Origin: Camelus dromedarius
Taxonomy: Eukaryota
DNA: 64,000 bases
Assembly (NCBI RefSeq): GCF_036321535.1
Contig: NC_087437.1
Coordinates: forward strand, 60,514,001-60,578,000
Reading direction: 5' to 3'
Shown one piece after another: positions 13,126-26,435 of this stretch (position 1 is the first letter of the stretch; every line of letters starts with the position of its first letter). Position numbers and translations under genes: made by a program. Below the pieces are notes generated by a model, which had not been told where the DNA came from, did not search any database, and saw nothing but the letters and a program-made list of their open reading frames with translations.

Positions 13126-14304
13126 GTAAGGAACTGAACATTCATCCTTCTTACATAAAGCAAACTATTAAATGGAGTTATAATCCAAGTATCATAGTCA
13201 CAGTTTTAAGACCTAAATAATTTTAGTAGTAGGTAATGAACTTAAATCTTAATTTTTTTCATTAGAGTGTTTATTGAAGGGCCTGAAGTGTAAAAATACT
13301 TTATATTACAAATAAATCACCGCTTTTTTTTTTTTTTAAGGATTGGTATGTTGTCCTAAGAAATTAACTTAGGTAAAACTAGGATAAGAATGTATACGTA
13401 TTTAAAACTAACTTTTTATATATTCCTTTTCAAATATATAGCATGAAATATTGTGGCAGTTATTTGATTCATGTTTAAGAGTTTCTTTGATATATATCCT
13501 TGATATTCTGACACCTAAAATTTACTTTCATATAACACTACTAACCTCACTAGAGTTGGCAGATTAACTGCCTTTTTATTCCCAAAGAACTCTTATCTTA
13601 GTGGGAAAAAATAAGTGAAAAAATATTTTAGATCTTTTTCACATTATTTAATATAGTAATGAAACATTATGTTTGTACAGTTTGCTTTATAATTTTTGTA
13701 GAAATTTTATAGAAATATTTTATATTGATGCTAGCATTTAATGATAAGTGTATGCCAATTAATGTCATTTCATGTTTTTATTAATACATTTTTATTAGCA
13801 TTATTAATTTATAATTAAAATTGTTCTTTACTTGTCAGACTCCTGACTCTAGGCAATGATCTCTTAAATGTCAGATAGGGATGTTATGTAGGGAGATAAG
13901 GGTTAAGGGCTTATCTAGTCTTTAATCTGCATATTTTTCAAATAAAAATATGTTATATTAACATCTTGATTGCTGTCCCCATCTTTTTTCACTACATATC
14001 TCTTGTCTAGAATATTGTGTTAGTCTTTGTGGTAGGTATTACACAGCAGGCCTACCTATTTTCTTTTTCTGTAAAAATCAGGTGATTGATTACTGGATAT
14101 GTCTTCCTGAAATGGTGTGTGTTTTATTACTTCCTTATGGTGATTATACTACTTTGCCCAGATAATGAAGTAGAAAAATCTTTACTTCACATTAGAAGTT
14201 CTCCATAACTTGACCCTAAGCAATTTTTCGCAGATTGTCTCACATTACTGATTAAAAAAGGAAAATAAATCTCAACATACATAGTTAATGATTCTAAAGT
14301 TCAT

Positions 14305-15160
14305 TTTTAATAGTCTTGTTGAGATATGATTTACATACCATACAGTTTATTCATTAAAATGTTCAATTCAATGATTTTTATTATATTACATTATAAAGTT
14401 TTTAAATTATGATAAAATATATATAAAATAAAATTTGCTATTGTAACCATTTTCATATTGGGTTGTTTCTGCCTTTTGGATATTGTGAATAATGCTGTGA
14501 TAAACATTGGCGTGCACTTATCTGCTTGTGTACCTACTTACAGTTCCTTTGGATACATATCTGGAAGCAGAATTATTGGGTCATACTATATGTTTAGGTT
14601 TATGAGGAACCACCTAACTGCTTTCTGTAGCAGTCACATCACTGTACATTCCTTCCATCAGTTCGTGAGGATTCCAGTTTCTCCACATCCTCATCAACAT
14701 TTGTTTTTTCTGCTTTGTTTTGTTTTATGACCATTGTAGTAGGTAGATTGTATCTCATTGTGATTTTGATACATTTCCCTAAGGAATAGCGATGTTGAGA
14801 ATCTCTTCATATGCTTATCTTATTTGAAAAATCAGAATTTATTTTCCTCTGGAAATACTGTTTGATTTCAGCAGGATATTTTTAAATTATTATTTGCTAA
14901 TGCAAAAATGTACTTCATACATATGTTCTAACGTACTATAAGAACCCTAAGCATGAGTCCACAATCTAACAAAGAAATAAGACATCACCAATATAGTGAA
15001 ACCTGTCCTGTGCCCCTGATCCTACCCTGCTTCTCCTACACTGCCCCAAGTTAACTTCTTTCCCAAATTTTGAGTTTATTGTTCTCTTTTTTCTTTCATA
15101 TATTGTTTGTTTATATTTCCTAAACAGCATATTGTTTAGTTTTGCTACTTTTGACAAAAT
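14305..15160 (-). mobile_element. Cluster of old L1 3' fragments
   Basis: ttgggttgtttctgccttttggatattgtgaataatgctg; gattccagtttctccacatcctcatcaaca. Confidence 0.75.
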
Positions 15161-16476
15161 ATAATTTTGCTAATCCTGTAAATGAACTAACAAAACTGAT
15201 TAATAATGAATATCTATGTATGACAAGAAGACTTTTAAGTTTTGAGAAGACAAATATTTAAGATTAATTCCACATTATATGGAAGGATTCCTAAAGTTCA
15301 GTTTTTAAAAGTATTTACTTCTGTTAAGTCTTTTGTTACCAGTAGCTTTCTGCAATGTTTTAGAAAAAGCAGATTAAATTTTTAAAATATTTACCAAATA
15401 TGATACATTCTAATCTCAAATAGTATTCTGTAATTCATCATATCTAAAATGATCTGCTGTTAGAGAATTTTCATGGTCTTACCAGAAGATGTAAATGGTT
15501 TTCACATAACTATGTACAACTGGCAGCAATTATGAAACATTATTAGTGGTAAGATATATTCTGATTTCAGGAATTTTAAATCAGGGATTGGGGGAGCAAG
15601 AAAGATACATCTTAGAATAGATGAAAAGCAGAGATAGATAAATGGATGGAGGAACGTGACTTAAGAAATAAAAATATTTAATTATTTTATATAAAAAGTC
15701 TAGAAATGGGCAATTCCAACGTTTGTGTAGCAACCCTAGGTCCATGGTGGCTCTGGGATTCTCTTGGTCTTATCTTCATGATTATAATATGTCCAAATCA
15801 GTATTGGGATTTTATAGTTTATTCTATAATAAACTATTATAGATTTGGGCTGAGGAGGGGGGCAAATGTGCTTTGTATGGAGACAGAATGTGCTTTGTCC
15901 TTGGTAGAATCTGTCTTTCTTTAGGAAGTGACAATAAAATTTTCCTTCATTTCTCAGAGGCCAGAATAGGGTCATAGCCTCACCTTAGCAAAGGGTAGTA
16001 GAATTGCAGTGCCTGGCATAGGTTATTCATGATTCATACCTTTGGAACTGAAAAAGGGACCTACCTTCTCTAAGACAAAGAGATATCCACCTTGTACAAC
16101 ATGTAAGAGCCAGTGACTGCTTCATAGGCAATAAAATTTTAGTGTGCATCATAAAGTTTTCATAACTATTATTTTTGAGTGGGCTCTTTATAGCACTTTT
16201 TTTAGTTTCCGCATTGCTTTCTTCTTTTTATTTTAGTTTCAAGTTTGTTTTTGTGTTTGTTAACGTGAGTTTTTAGCTTTTATATAAGATTAGGGCTTTT
16301 CCTTTTAATTTCTAGGCTTAGAAAGAATCTCTTTACCCAGAGTTTAGAAAACCCTTTTAAATTTAACCTAATTTTCTTTATAGTTTGGTAATATGATTTA
16401 TCAATAGGGATTCTCATTTATAAAATGTCAAGTTATTTATAAAATTTAAGGTACTCAGCATTTTTTTAATTTTCAG

Positions 16477-16633
16477 GGAACCTAGAAGAGTTGTTCTTCA
16501 TCGTGGCTCAACAGGCCTGGGTTTCAACATTGTAGGAGGTGAAGATGGAGAAGGAATATTTATTTCCTTTATTTTGGCTGGAGGACCTGCTGATCTTAGT
16601 GGAGAGCTCAGAAAAGGAGATCGTATTATATCG
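16477..16633 (+). CDS. DLG1: DLG1 exon, N-terminal PDZ3 with GLGF loop ([52 protein letters not shown])
   Basis: tttcag|G acceptor, TCG|gtaggc donor, 157 nt, phase 2 to 0. Confidence 0.97.
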
Positions 16634-16849
16634 GTAGGCTATGTTAATCAAAATAATGTTTTTATTATTTTAACTATGATCTATTAATTATTAAAAGTTT
16701 TGTTTTTTATATCCTAAAGTTAAAGAATACATTTTGGCTGTCGTCCTAACATTTTTCAACTTAGTTGTAGAACTACAGTGTTGACAGAGAACACGTTTGG
16801 TGTGATAGACTTTCTTTTGGTATTGACTCACTTATTAGAGGTCAGTCTT

Positions 16850-18350
16850 TAAAAATGTGCTTGAAGAAAGTATTCTTGTTGACTGCAAGGTTAATATGCC
16901 TATTAACTCAACCTTGTTGTTTGCATAGTTCATATCTTCTTTATACTTAAATCTGTTGTCTACCTTATCTGTTATTAAAAGAAACTTTTTAAGCTTATAT
17001 GAATAGTTGGTTTACCAGTTTGCCCTGGGAGCAATATTTTTTCTTTATATCTTTGAAACTATGTTATTAGATGCATCTAAGTTTAAAATCAGCATTCCTT
17101 CCTGGTGAGTTGAAAATTTTTATCATTATGTAATGATCCTCTTTATTTGTAATAATGGTTTTTACACTGGAACCTATAATGCCTGATATTAATATGGCTA
17201 TGCTGACTTTTTTTGCTTGGTTTTTACCTCTTCTTTTCTCCATGTTTTGTTTTCAGTTTGTGTGCTTATGTGGTTATTACCCATATAATCATCGACTAAA
17301 ACTGATCAGTCGTTTTACTGTTCTCCCTAATGACTCAGACTTAGGGAAATCTATAATTGTGCTGTTTCTAGGTTTTTACTTCTGTTTCATCTTTATGTCT
17401 CTCAAACTTAGTCATTTTTCTTTTTGTTTTTTAACAGTTAATCCATGTGTTTTGTAATTTTTTTGTTCATCATCCTTTCTTCTGTTTTTCTTTCTTCTAG
17501 AGTGTTTCTCAGTAAGTCACTAACAGCACTGGGATAGGATTTGTTGTTCCAAACAAGGACTATCTTGGTCATTGTAGAAAATTTAGCTTTTCTAGCTCCC
17601 ATTCTCATACTAGTAGAACTCCCTAGTCATTCCAGGAAGCAAAAATGTCCCTCAGATACCCAAATGCACCTTAGTGGGAACTCTTGGATTGTTCTTTCAG
17701 CAGTGACTTTCTGATGGTAAATATTCTTGAGGTTTGCTGGAAAATATTTTTAATTTACTCTTACTTACAAATATAATTCAATCTAGAACTCTAGGTTGAC
17801 AAATGTTGTCTCTCAGTACTATGAATATGTTACTTTATACTATCTGGCTTCTTTTGTTGCTGTTTAACAAAAAAGATCACCCTATTGTGTTTGTAGTTGA
17901 TTTTTTTTTTTTCAGGTTGCTTTTAAGTCTCTTAGTCTTTAGTGTTCTGCAGTTTTACTAAAATGTATCTATGCCTAGCATTTCATTTATAATGCTTGGG
18001 GTTTTTTATACCTCCTGAATTAGAGGAGTCCTATCTCATCAATTCTGGAATCTTAGCCATTATCTTTTTAAATTTTCCTTTCCTACATTGTGTGTGCTGT
18101 GTCCTTCTTGAACTACTGTGAGAGAACATTGTCATTCTGTTCTCCATGTCTTTTAATCCCAATGTCTTATTTGTCAACTCTATCTCCTTGTACTTAATTT
18201 CAGTTAGATTTGTTTTCTAGTTCATAAATTCTGTTCATTTGTGTCTAATCTGCTCTTTAAGCCAAAAATAACTTTTTCATTTCAAAGTGCCGTTTTCTTT
18301 CTAGAACTTTTTTCTGATTCTTTTTCAAATCTGCCTTGGTGGTTTTGGGG
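16850..18350 (-). mobile_element. Highly decayed L1 (ORF1/ORF2 boundary) interrupted by a MER20-like element at ~17500-17690
   Basis: T-rich antisense L1 motifs (tctggcttcttttgttgctg, ttctggaatcttagccattatc). Confidence 0.55.
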
Positions 18351-18375
18351 GAGTCTTGATTATTTAAAGTTTCTT

Positions 18376-18426
18376 TTTTTGTGGGGGGGAGGTAATTAAG
18401 TTTATTTATCTTAACAGAGGTACTGG
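18376..18426 (-). mobile_element. 5'-truncated Vic-1-like SINE
   Basis: gggggaggtaatt..gaggtactgg; perfect 11-bp TSD taaagtttctt (18365-18375 / 18427-18437). Confidence 0.85.
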
Positions 18427-18478
18427 TAAAGTTTCTTACAGTCTTTCAGGTTTTTCTTTTAAACCTATTTATTATATA

Positions 18479-18895
18479 CAGGCATACTTCAGAGATATTA
18501 CAGGTTTAGTTCCAGACCACTACAATAAAGCAAATGTTGCAATAAAGCAAGTCAAATAAATATTTTGGCTTCCTAGTGCACGCTAAACTTATGATTATAC
18601 TATATGGTACTCTATTAGAATTATGTCAAAAAAAAAACAGTGTAAAGGATATTTTACTGCTGAAAAATGCTAACCGTCATCTGAGCCTTCAGAAAGTTAT
18701 AATCTTTTTTGCTGGTGTGGGGTTTGAAATATTGCAAGAATTTCTAAAATGTGACACAGAGGCATGAAGTGAGCAAATGCAAATACACAAAGTGAGGTAA
18801 AATGGCACCAATAGACTTGCTCAAAGCAGGGTTGCCAACCTTCCATTTGTAAAAAATGCGGTATCTGTGAAGCACAATAAAATGAGATATGCCTG
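18479..18895 (-). mobile_element. Internally deleted Tigger1 non-autonomous element
   Basis: TIRs caggcatacttc / gagatatgcctg, TA TSDs, both ends homologous to the Tigger1 at 42.6-45.0 kb. Confidence 0.9.
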
Positions 18896-19939
18896 TATTC
18901 TATAAATAATAGTTCTGTTTTCTGAAGTTTGTAGGTATCTAATGTTACGTTATGGTAACTTATATAGTACATGGTTTTCTTACGTTCTAAATTTGGCATT
19001 GTGAATTTAATGTCAGTAGTACTTTATTTACTTTATATGTGGATATCCAGTTCTGCTTGAATTGGGGAGTGGTATTCTTTGAAAAATATCTTACATTGCT
19101 TGTGGTAAACTCAGGAGCATCACATTCTTACCATCATTTTTCCAATAAGAAAACTGAACTTAAGAGGTTAATTACCCATAGTAGCTAATAATATCTAATA
19201 AATGGTATAGCCAGGATTCACCTTAAATTATATTATGCTATGCTGTTTTGTTTTTAATTAAAAATTTGGGTAACACTTTCTGATATTTTAGAATCTGAGT
19301 TATAGAAAAAAAACTATATCCTGTGTCAACAATGCTATTCAGTACAGATAATTATTTTAAATCATTTCTTCAGTGTAAATCAATAAAGAGCTTCTCAACT
19401 ACAAGATATAAAGTAAAGGAAAATATTCTTCAAACCAAAGAGTTTTGTTACTGGAACATGATAGGGAAAGCATTCCAAAAATTGGATCTTTTGTTGCCAT
19501 TTTCAGATCAGTCCCTCTTGCTACCTGACCCTTCCCTGCACATACTGAGATACATCAACATATTCCTACAGCCTATCTTTTTGAGGATCCTTTATAGTTC
19601 AAGATAGACTGAATCCGAAACAAAAAGATGATTGATCATTTGCAAAAGAAATAGAGCTCTTTTTTGTTTTAGTTCTTCTGAGATCATGGTGTTTGAATGA
19701 AACCAACTGGTGTTTGAATGAAAATTTTGGGAATTTGAGTCTTCAAATATGCAAAAGTACTTTGTTAAGGATTACAGTACTACAATCTTAGAAAATAAAG
19801 GAAATTATTAATATGCAGTTCTAGTAAATAGAAACTGCACTCATACCTCAGGCTACAGCAACTGAAATAGCATAGTACTACCCAAGAATAGTGATTATTG
19901 GAACAGATTTGTAAAGCAGAAATACACCTTAGTTACAAT

Positions 19940-22900
19940 GTTAGAATGTAGGTCTTAAGAGACCATCACTCTTACTGTGACAACCGAAACAATCTGGATA
20001 AGTTTAGAAAAACTAAACTCATTAGAGAACTGAGGATTCAAAGTGACCTAAATAAACTAACTTCCTGATTGTAACTAGCCCTTCATAGACAAGAAAACAC
20101 CCATGGAAGGGGAAGCTCCTCCTTGGTAGAGTGATTGGAGGAACAGAAAGATTAGACAGAGACAGGAAGAAACCAGCCAAAACTTTACCCAACATGTAAT
20201 GGCCTCAGTGGACTGATGAAACTGATAAAAACTCTGGAAAGCCACAGAGCAAGTCTGTATCTACCGGCCAGCTCTTTTCCATGGGTCTTCACTGAGTGCT
20301 TGGAGGTAATCAAAGGTTGTGAACCAGCAGAGAAGAGAAAATTATTACTGAGTCATCCAGGGCATCCCAAAATACAAGACATCTGCCAATAAATAGGGGA
20401 ACCTTGGGCAGATCTGTGAAAACTAACTACTTAGCTGCTAAGGGATGAAAGTGAGCAAGAGAGCTGAGAAAAAGCCCTATGAGGCAATGTGGACCAACAA
20501 ATATCTCCAAGACACAGCAAACCTGGGACAGGTCTTGAGGGTAAAGAGAAGTTACCAGCAACCTCAGTAAGTTAACAGCAGGGTTATGAAGCTGTGTGTG
20601 TGTGTGTGAGATGAGATGAGATCTTGAGCATTTTACTAGTCCTCATATTCCTAAGGCTCTCAGAAGGAAAAGTCTTAATCCTCTTCTCAACATTTGAAAC
20701 TAAACCCAAAGCTGCAACAAAATCCAGTAACATCTCAACTACAGATCATATAGATGCAGTTGCATCACTTTAGTGGCCTAATACAAGGGTTATTCCCTAT
20801 TCTGGAATTAAATAGTATTTATTTCAGCCTTTACTGTTATTTTCTCTAAAATATCTACTTTATAATTAAAAATTGCAAAACACATGAAAAAGAAAAGCTA
20901 GTTGTCAAGATGATAAGCAGTCAATATAAGTAACTTGAGAAAAGGCTCAGATACTGGTTTCATCAAACAGGTAGTTTTAAATAAGGTAAAATCATGATGA
21001 TGATAAAAATACTAAAGCATGTAAGAGTAAAGGTAGACAATATAGATGAAAATAATGGAGAATTTCAGCAAAGACATAGAAACTACAAAAGATGAATCAT
21101 GGAATTGGTAGAAAAAAATTTTTAAACTATCACAAATAAAAATTTTGCTTGAAAGGCATAACAGCACACTGGACTCAGCAGAGGGAAGAATCAGTGAACT
21201 TAAACATATGTCAGAGAAAGTTTCCAAACTGAAACATAAAGCTAGAGAAGAAAAAAGATTGGGAAGGAAAAACACCAGAGCATCTGAGATCTATGAAAAT
21301 TAAGAGGAGATATTGGACAATAATATCAGAAAACAAAGAGCAGATAGAATCTTTGAAGATATAATGCCAGAGAACTTTCAAAAACTGATGAAAGATACCA
21401 ACTCACAAATCTGTGAAGCTCAACAAACCCAAAGCAGAATACATAAAAAGCAGACCAGACCCAGATATGTCCCAAAGGCTAGAAAGCTGTGTTAAGGAGC
21501 GCATGTTAAAAGCAAACATAGAAACACATTACATATATAGGAACAATACAAGTGACAGCTGGCTTCTCACTGGAAATAATAGAAGACATAAAACAATTGA
21601 ACAGTATTTTTAAAGTGGTGAAAGAAAAAACTGACAATCTAGAATCCGATATATATCTGGTGAAATTAGTCATCAGAAATGACATTGAAATCAAGACATT
21701 TTCAGATAGACACTATCTTAGAGAATCTGTTTCTGATAGACTTAAAAGAAATACTAGAAGTTGTTCTGGTTAAAGAAAAATTGTATCGGATGGAACTTAG
21801 ATCTGCAGAAAGAAATTAAGAATAATAGAAAGAGTAAATACCTGGATAAATATAAAAAGTACATTTTTAGAAGATGACTTCACATAAGACTATTGACTGT
21901 TTAAAACAAAATAACTGCATTGTATTGTGTGAGTTACGACATAAGGAAAAGTAAAATATAAGGCCACTAGAGCACAAATTGAAAGGGAGGATGGAATTAT
22001 CCTCTTGGTTCTTATACGTTTGTGAAGTGATACAGAATTATTTGTGAGTTCTTTTTTTTTTGGATGAGGGAGGTAATTAGGTTTGTTTGTTTATTGATGG
22101 AGATACTGGGTATTGAACTCAGGACCTTGTGCCTGCTAAGCATCCACTCTACCACTGAGTTCTACCTTCTTCCAGTACAAAATTATTTGAAAGAGCCTGT
22201 GATAACTTATACTTGCATGTTATAATCTCTAGAGGAAGCACTAATAATACTACAAAAATGTACAGTTTTTGAAAGTCAATAAAGGAGCTAAAATGAAATA
22301 AGATAAAACACATCCTTTTTTTCCAAACAAAGGCAGGGAAGGATGAAAAGACAAGGTTAAAAAAAAAAAGCAATGCCAAGATGTGAGATTAAAATCCAAC
22401 TATATCTACATGATAGTTAGCACTCCAGTTAAGATGCAGAAATTTTCAGCTTGGTTCAAAAAACCAAGACCCAAACAGACCCTTTGTCAGAAATTCACGT
22501 TAGAAATAAAGATTAATATGTTGTAAGTAAAAGAGTGGAAGAAATTGTACCATATAAACAACATATGAAAGATGATGTGACTATATTTATATAAGACAGG
22601 AAAAGACTTCAAGACAAGTGGTATTACTTAGAGATTTCACAATAATAAATGCATCTTTTCATCAAAAAGACGTAACAGTCCTCAGTGTGTATGTACCTAA
22701 TGATCCTTTCAAAGTACGTGAAGCAAAAATTGCCAGAACTAGGGAGAGAAATGGATAAATCTACAGTCACAGTTCAGGATTTAAACACCCTCTTCTATAA
22801 TTGATAGTATAAGTAGATGAAAGAAGAATAATATAACTCTAGCCTTACCACTCATCATCTGCAAAAATTAACTTGAAATGGATTCTAAAGCTAAATTTCT

Positions 22901-24220
22901 AGAAGAAAACATAAAAAAATCTTAGTGAACCTGGATTAGGCAAAAATTTCTTAAATGGTACCCAGGACTGTATCAAGTCAGTTCATAGGTGAAAGAAAAG
23001 TCTTTTTAATAAATGATGCTGAAACAGCTGGTTATCTGTATGGGAAAATACAAACCTGAAGTCAGTCTTACTCCAGATGTAAAATTAATTCTAGATGGGT
23101 TACAAATCTAAATGTAAAGCCCAGAGCAATAATCATCGTAGAAGAAAACAATGGAGGATATCTTTGCAACCCTGAGGTAGACAAGTTTCTTGAACAAAAC
23201 ATGTTAAACACTGACCATAAAAAATGATGCCATTAAGAAACCAAATAGATGAGTCATACAGTGGGAAAAAATATTCTCAGTACGTGTATCTCACAAAAGA
23301 CATATCCAGAGTATATAAACATTTCCCCACAAAGCAACAATGAAAAGATGAGTGACTCAATTTAAAAATGAGCAAAAGACTTAGACAGATATTTCTCAAA
23401 ACAAGATTTATGAATGGCCTATAAACACATGAAAAGGTACTTAACATTAGGCATCAGAGCAGTGCAAACAACACATTAAATAAATGGGTTTAGAGGAATT
23501 TGGGTGGGAGTGATACAACTTTTCCATATCTTGATTGTGGCATTGGCTATACAACATACACAATTGTCAAAACTCTTACCTGTAAACTAAAAAAGATTAC
23601 CTTATTCGGTGTAAATTATGCCTAAATAAAAAACATTTTTAAAGTCATAATGAAGTACCATATCCTACCCAGTTGTATGGCTACAGAGAAAAAAATGATA
23701 ACAAACATTGGCGAGAATATGGAGCAGTCTTACTCATTACTGGTAGGCATGTAAAATTGTACAACCACTACAAGGACTTTTGGGGAAGTTTTAAAGAAAT
23801 TAAACATACATCTAACTTTATTACCCAGATTTTACCCAAGGAATCTTACATTTACAAAAACACTTCAACAGGAATGATAATAAATAAATAATAAAACTCA
23901 AAACAACATAAATGACACTAAAAAACATCATGTTGGGTAAAACAGAACGCACCCAAAAAATACATACTTTGTGATTCCAGTTACAAGATAATCATGAGCA
24001 GACAGCATTAATTTGTGTTGATAAAAGTCAGAAAGTAGTTGCTGGCAATTGTACTATTATAAAGAGGCACAATGGAGATTTCTAGGTTGGTTGATGGAAA
24101 AGGTGTGTTTGGGGTTGTAGTTTCGTGGACATACACAGTTGTCAAAAATCCTTCCAACTGAACTGTTAAAATTTGTACATTTTTATTGCTTGTGAGTTAC
24201 ACTGTAATTTAAATTTTAAA
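19940..24220 (+). mobile_element. Ancient L1 (5'UTR, ORF1, start of ORF2, 3' fragments; L1M/L1ME-like), sense to DLG1
   Basis: ORF1 remnants IFEDIMPENFQKLMKD..QICEAQQTQSRI and TAGFSLE..IFKVVKEK..IKTFSD. Confidence 0.8.
22045..22173 (-). mobile_element. Vic-1-like SINE nested in L1
   Basis: Antisense tRNA-like head, T tail, TSD tacagaattatttg / tacaaaattatttg. Confidence 0.87.
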
Positions 24221-24467
24221 AATAATTCAGAGTATGATAAGGGCAAATTAGAGGTAAGGAATGGATTTTTAAAAAAGAAGTGTTGGATGAATTAGCTAGT
24301 TATTTAGAGGAATAAAATTAGCTTATAACCTCACTTCACACCTCATGTCAAAATAAATGTTCAGTCAGCTTAGAGTTAGGTGTGAAAAACAAAACAAAAA
24401 TAGATATTTTTTAAATTGTCCATGTGGGACCACTTTATATGGGTCACTGACACACTGCTAGGATATG

Positions 24468-24589
24468 TTAGACTGACCAGCACCCTGGTTCACCCAAAAC
24501 TTTCCCAGGTTTAGCACTGACAGCTCCAGGCTGGAAACCCCTGTAGGCTCAGTTTTAAAATGGAAAGTCCCAAACAATTGCTCACCCTA
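24468..24589. mobile_element. Small hAT (Blackjack, MER81/MER94-like) MITE
   Basis: Degenerate TIRs tagactgacca / ttgctcacccta. Confidence 0.45.
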
Positions 24590-25294
24590 ATGTTATTGTA
24601 AGTTAAATACAGCCTTCTGTTTGGCAGTATGTATCGGTAAACTTAAAAATTTTAAAGGTTTCTAAGCTTCTCTTGGGAAATACCCTGAAAGCAATAGGAA
24701 AGACCTTAGGACAAGAGAAAAACATGAGAAAAGATAATCTTTAACAAAAGTTAGTAATAGAGGAACAAAAGGCATAAAGGCATAAAGAAAACAAATAGCC
24801 AAATGGATGGCATGCAAATGCTCCATCTCTAATTTCATCTTCAGAGGTTCCACGCTGGAGTAGATTCCCTAAGAAGAGAATATGGGTAGTGCAGGTAGAT
24901 GGACTGATAGACCTACTGCACTACTCTTTGAGTACAGACACTGAATAGTCACCCTAGAACCTTTCTTTCTCAGTCACCTGCCAATTATCTCTACAGATAT
25001 TCCTGAGCCCCTCTAGTGGTTTTGGGAGTAAATGGTAGCCAGAGTTTTTTTATTAGAGTCGGATCTGATACCACTCTGGTCCTAGGTCATGTATTTCATC
25101 TACCAGAAATCCTAAGGTTATCTCTTTGGTACTATATATACTGTCTTGTCAGGGTAGGCTCTGCTTTAGTACAGTCACTCAAGGACTAAGCCACAGTTCT
25201 TTAGTGCTTCTCTAGCTAAATAATAACACTGATTAGAATGTTTCATTTATTGAACAATTTCATATATTTCTGTCTCGTATTACCTTAAAATTTA

Positions 25295-26140
25295 AAACTT
25301 TTTAGTTTGAAATAATTTCAAATGTAAAGCAAAGCTGCAAAAAAATAGTACAAAGAAGTGCCACAAAATCTTTTACCCAGATTCACCAGTTAACATTTTG
25401 CCACATTCACTTTTACTTTTTTCTCTGTGTATATCTATATGTATGTGTGTACATACACATATTTCCCCCAAACTATTTGAGAGAAGGATGCGGATCTCAT
25501 ACCCCTTTGCTAAATACTTCAGTGTGTATCTGCTAAGAACAAAGACATTCATTTACATAACCACAGGACAGTTTTCAAAATCAGGACAGTCTTCAAAATC
25601 AGGACAGTCAACAGCGATGCAATACTATTATCTATGGTACAGACCTCTAGTCCTTTATAACAATTGTTTTTGGTCCTGCATCACACATTTCATTTAGTTT
25701 TCATTTGTCTTTAATCTCCATCAATTTGGAATGGTTCCTCTGCCTTTCTGTGTCTCTCATATCAATGCACATCAATGAAAAGTGCAGACTAGTTATTTTG
25801 TAGAATGCCCCTTAATTGAGTTTCTCCGATGTTTTCCTTAGGATTGGACTTAGGTTATATGTTTTTGGCAGAAATGCTATGAAAGAGATGTTGTGTCCTC
25901 ATTGCTGTTTATCCAAAGGTATATGATATCAATATGTTCCATTATAGTGATGTTATCTTTGATCACTTGGTTAAAGCAATGTCTGGCAGGCTTCCTCATG
26001 GACAAGTGACTGTTTTCCCCTTTAAAATTAGTGAATCATTTGTGGGGACGTACTTTGATGTATGTAAATGTCTTTATCTTCAGGCTTTCATTCACTGGTT
26101 TAGCATGGTAATTCTTGCCTGAACCAATTATTACTAATAG
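25295..26140 (-). mobile_element. Old L1 3'UTR fragment (L1MC4-like)
   Basis: tttgaaataatttcaaa..aatagtacaaagaa..cccagattcaccagttaacattttgccaca. Confidence 0.7.
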
Positions 26141-26435
26141 TTGCAAGATAAAGTGAAATTTTTAAGTTATTTTCCAGTTACACATATGAGAAACCAGTGT
26201 GGTAGACATTTGCTTATCTTACCATACTTTGCCAAATTATTCTCTTTGTAAAATTTTCCATTTTGTTTGGGTATCTAACCCCAGCCTGTTTAAAAAAAAA
26301 GGATAGCGTGAATCTTTTTTTCAGTAATTACTTTGAAGGTAAATTGGTTAAAAACACCAATTAAAAGACAGGTATCAACAGGGTAGATAAAAAAGATCTA
26401 ACTTTCTACAACAGACATTTTAGATTCAAACTTTG

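Noticed and set aside
25006..25022. Second CTCF-like motif (ccactagaggggc on the minus strand)
   Set aside because: Imperfect core and no supporting upstream module; too weak to call without data.
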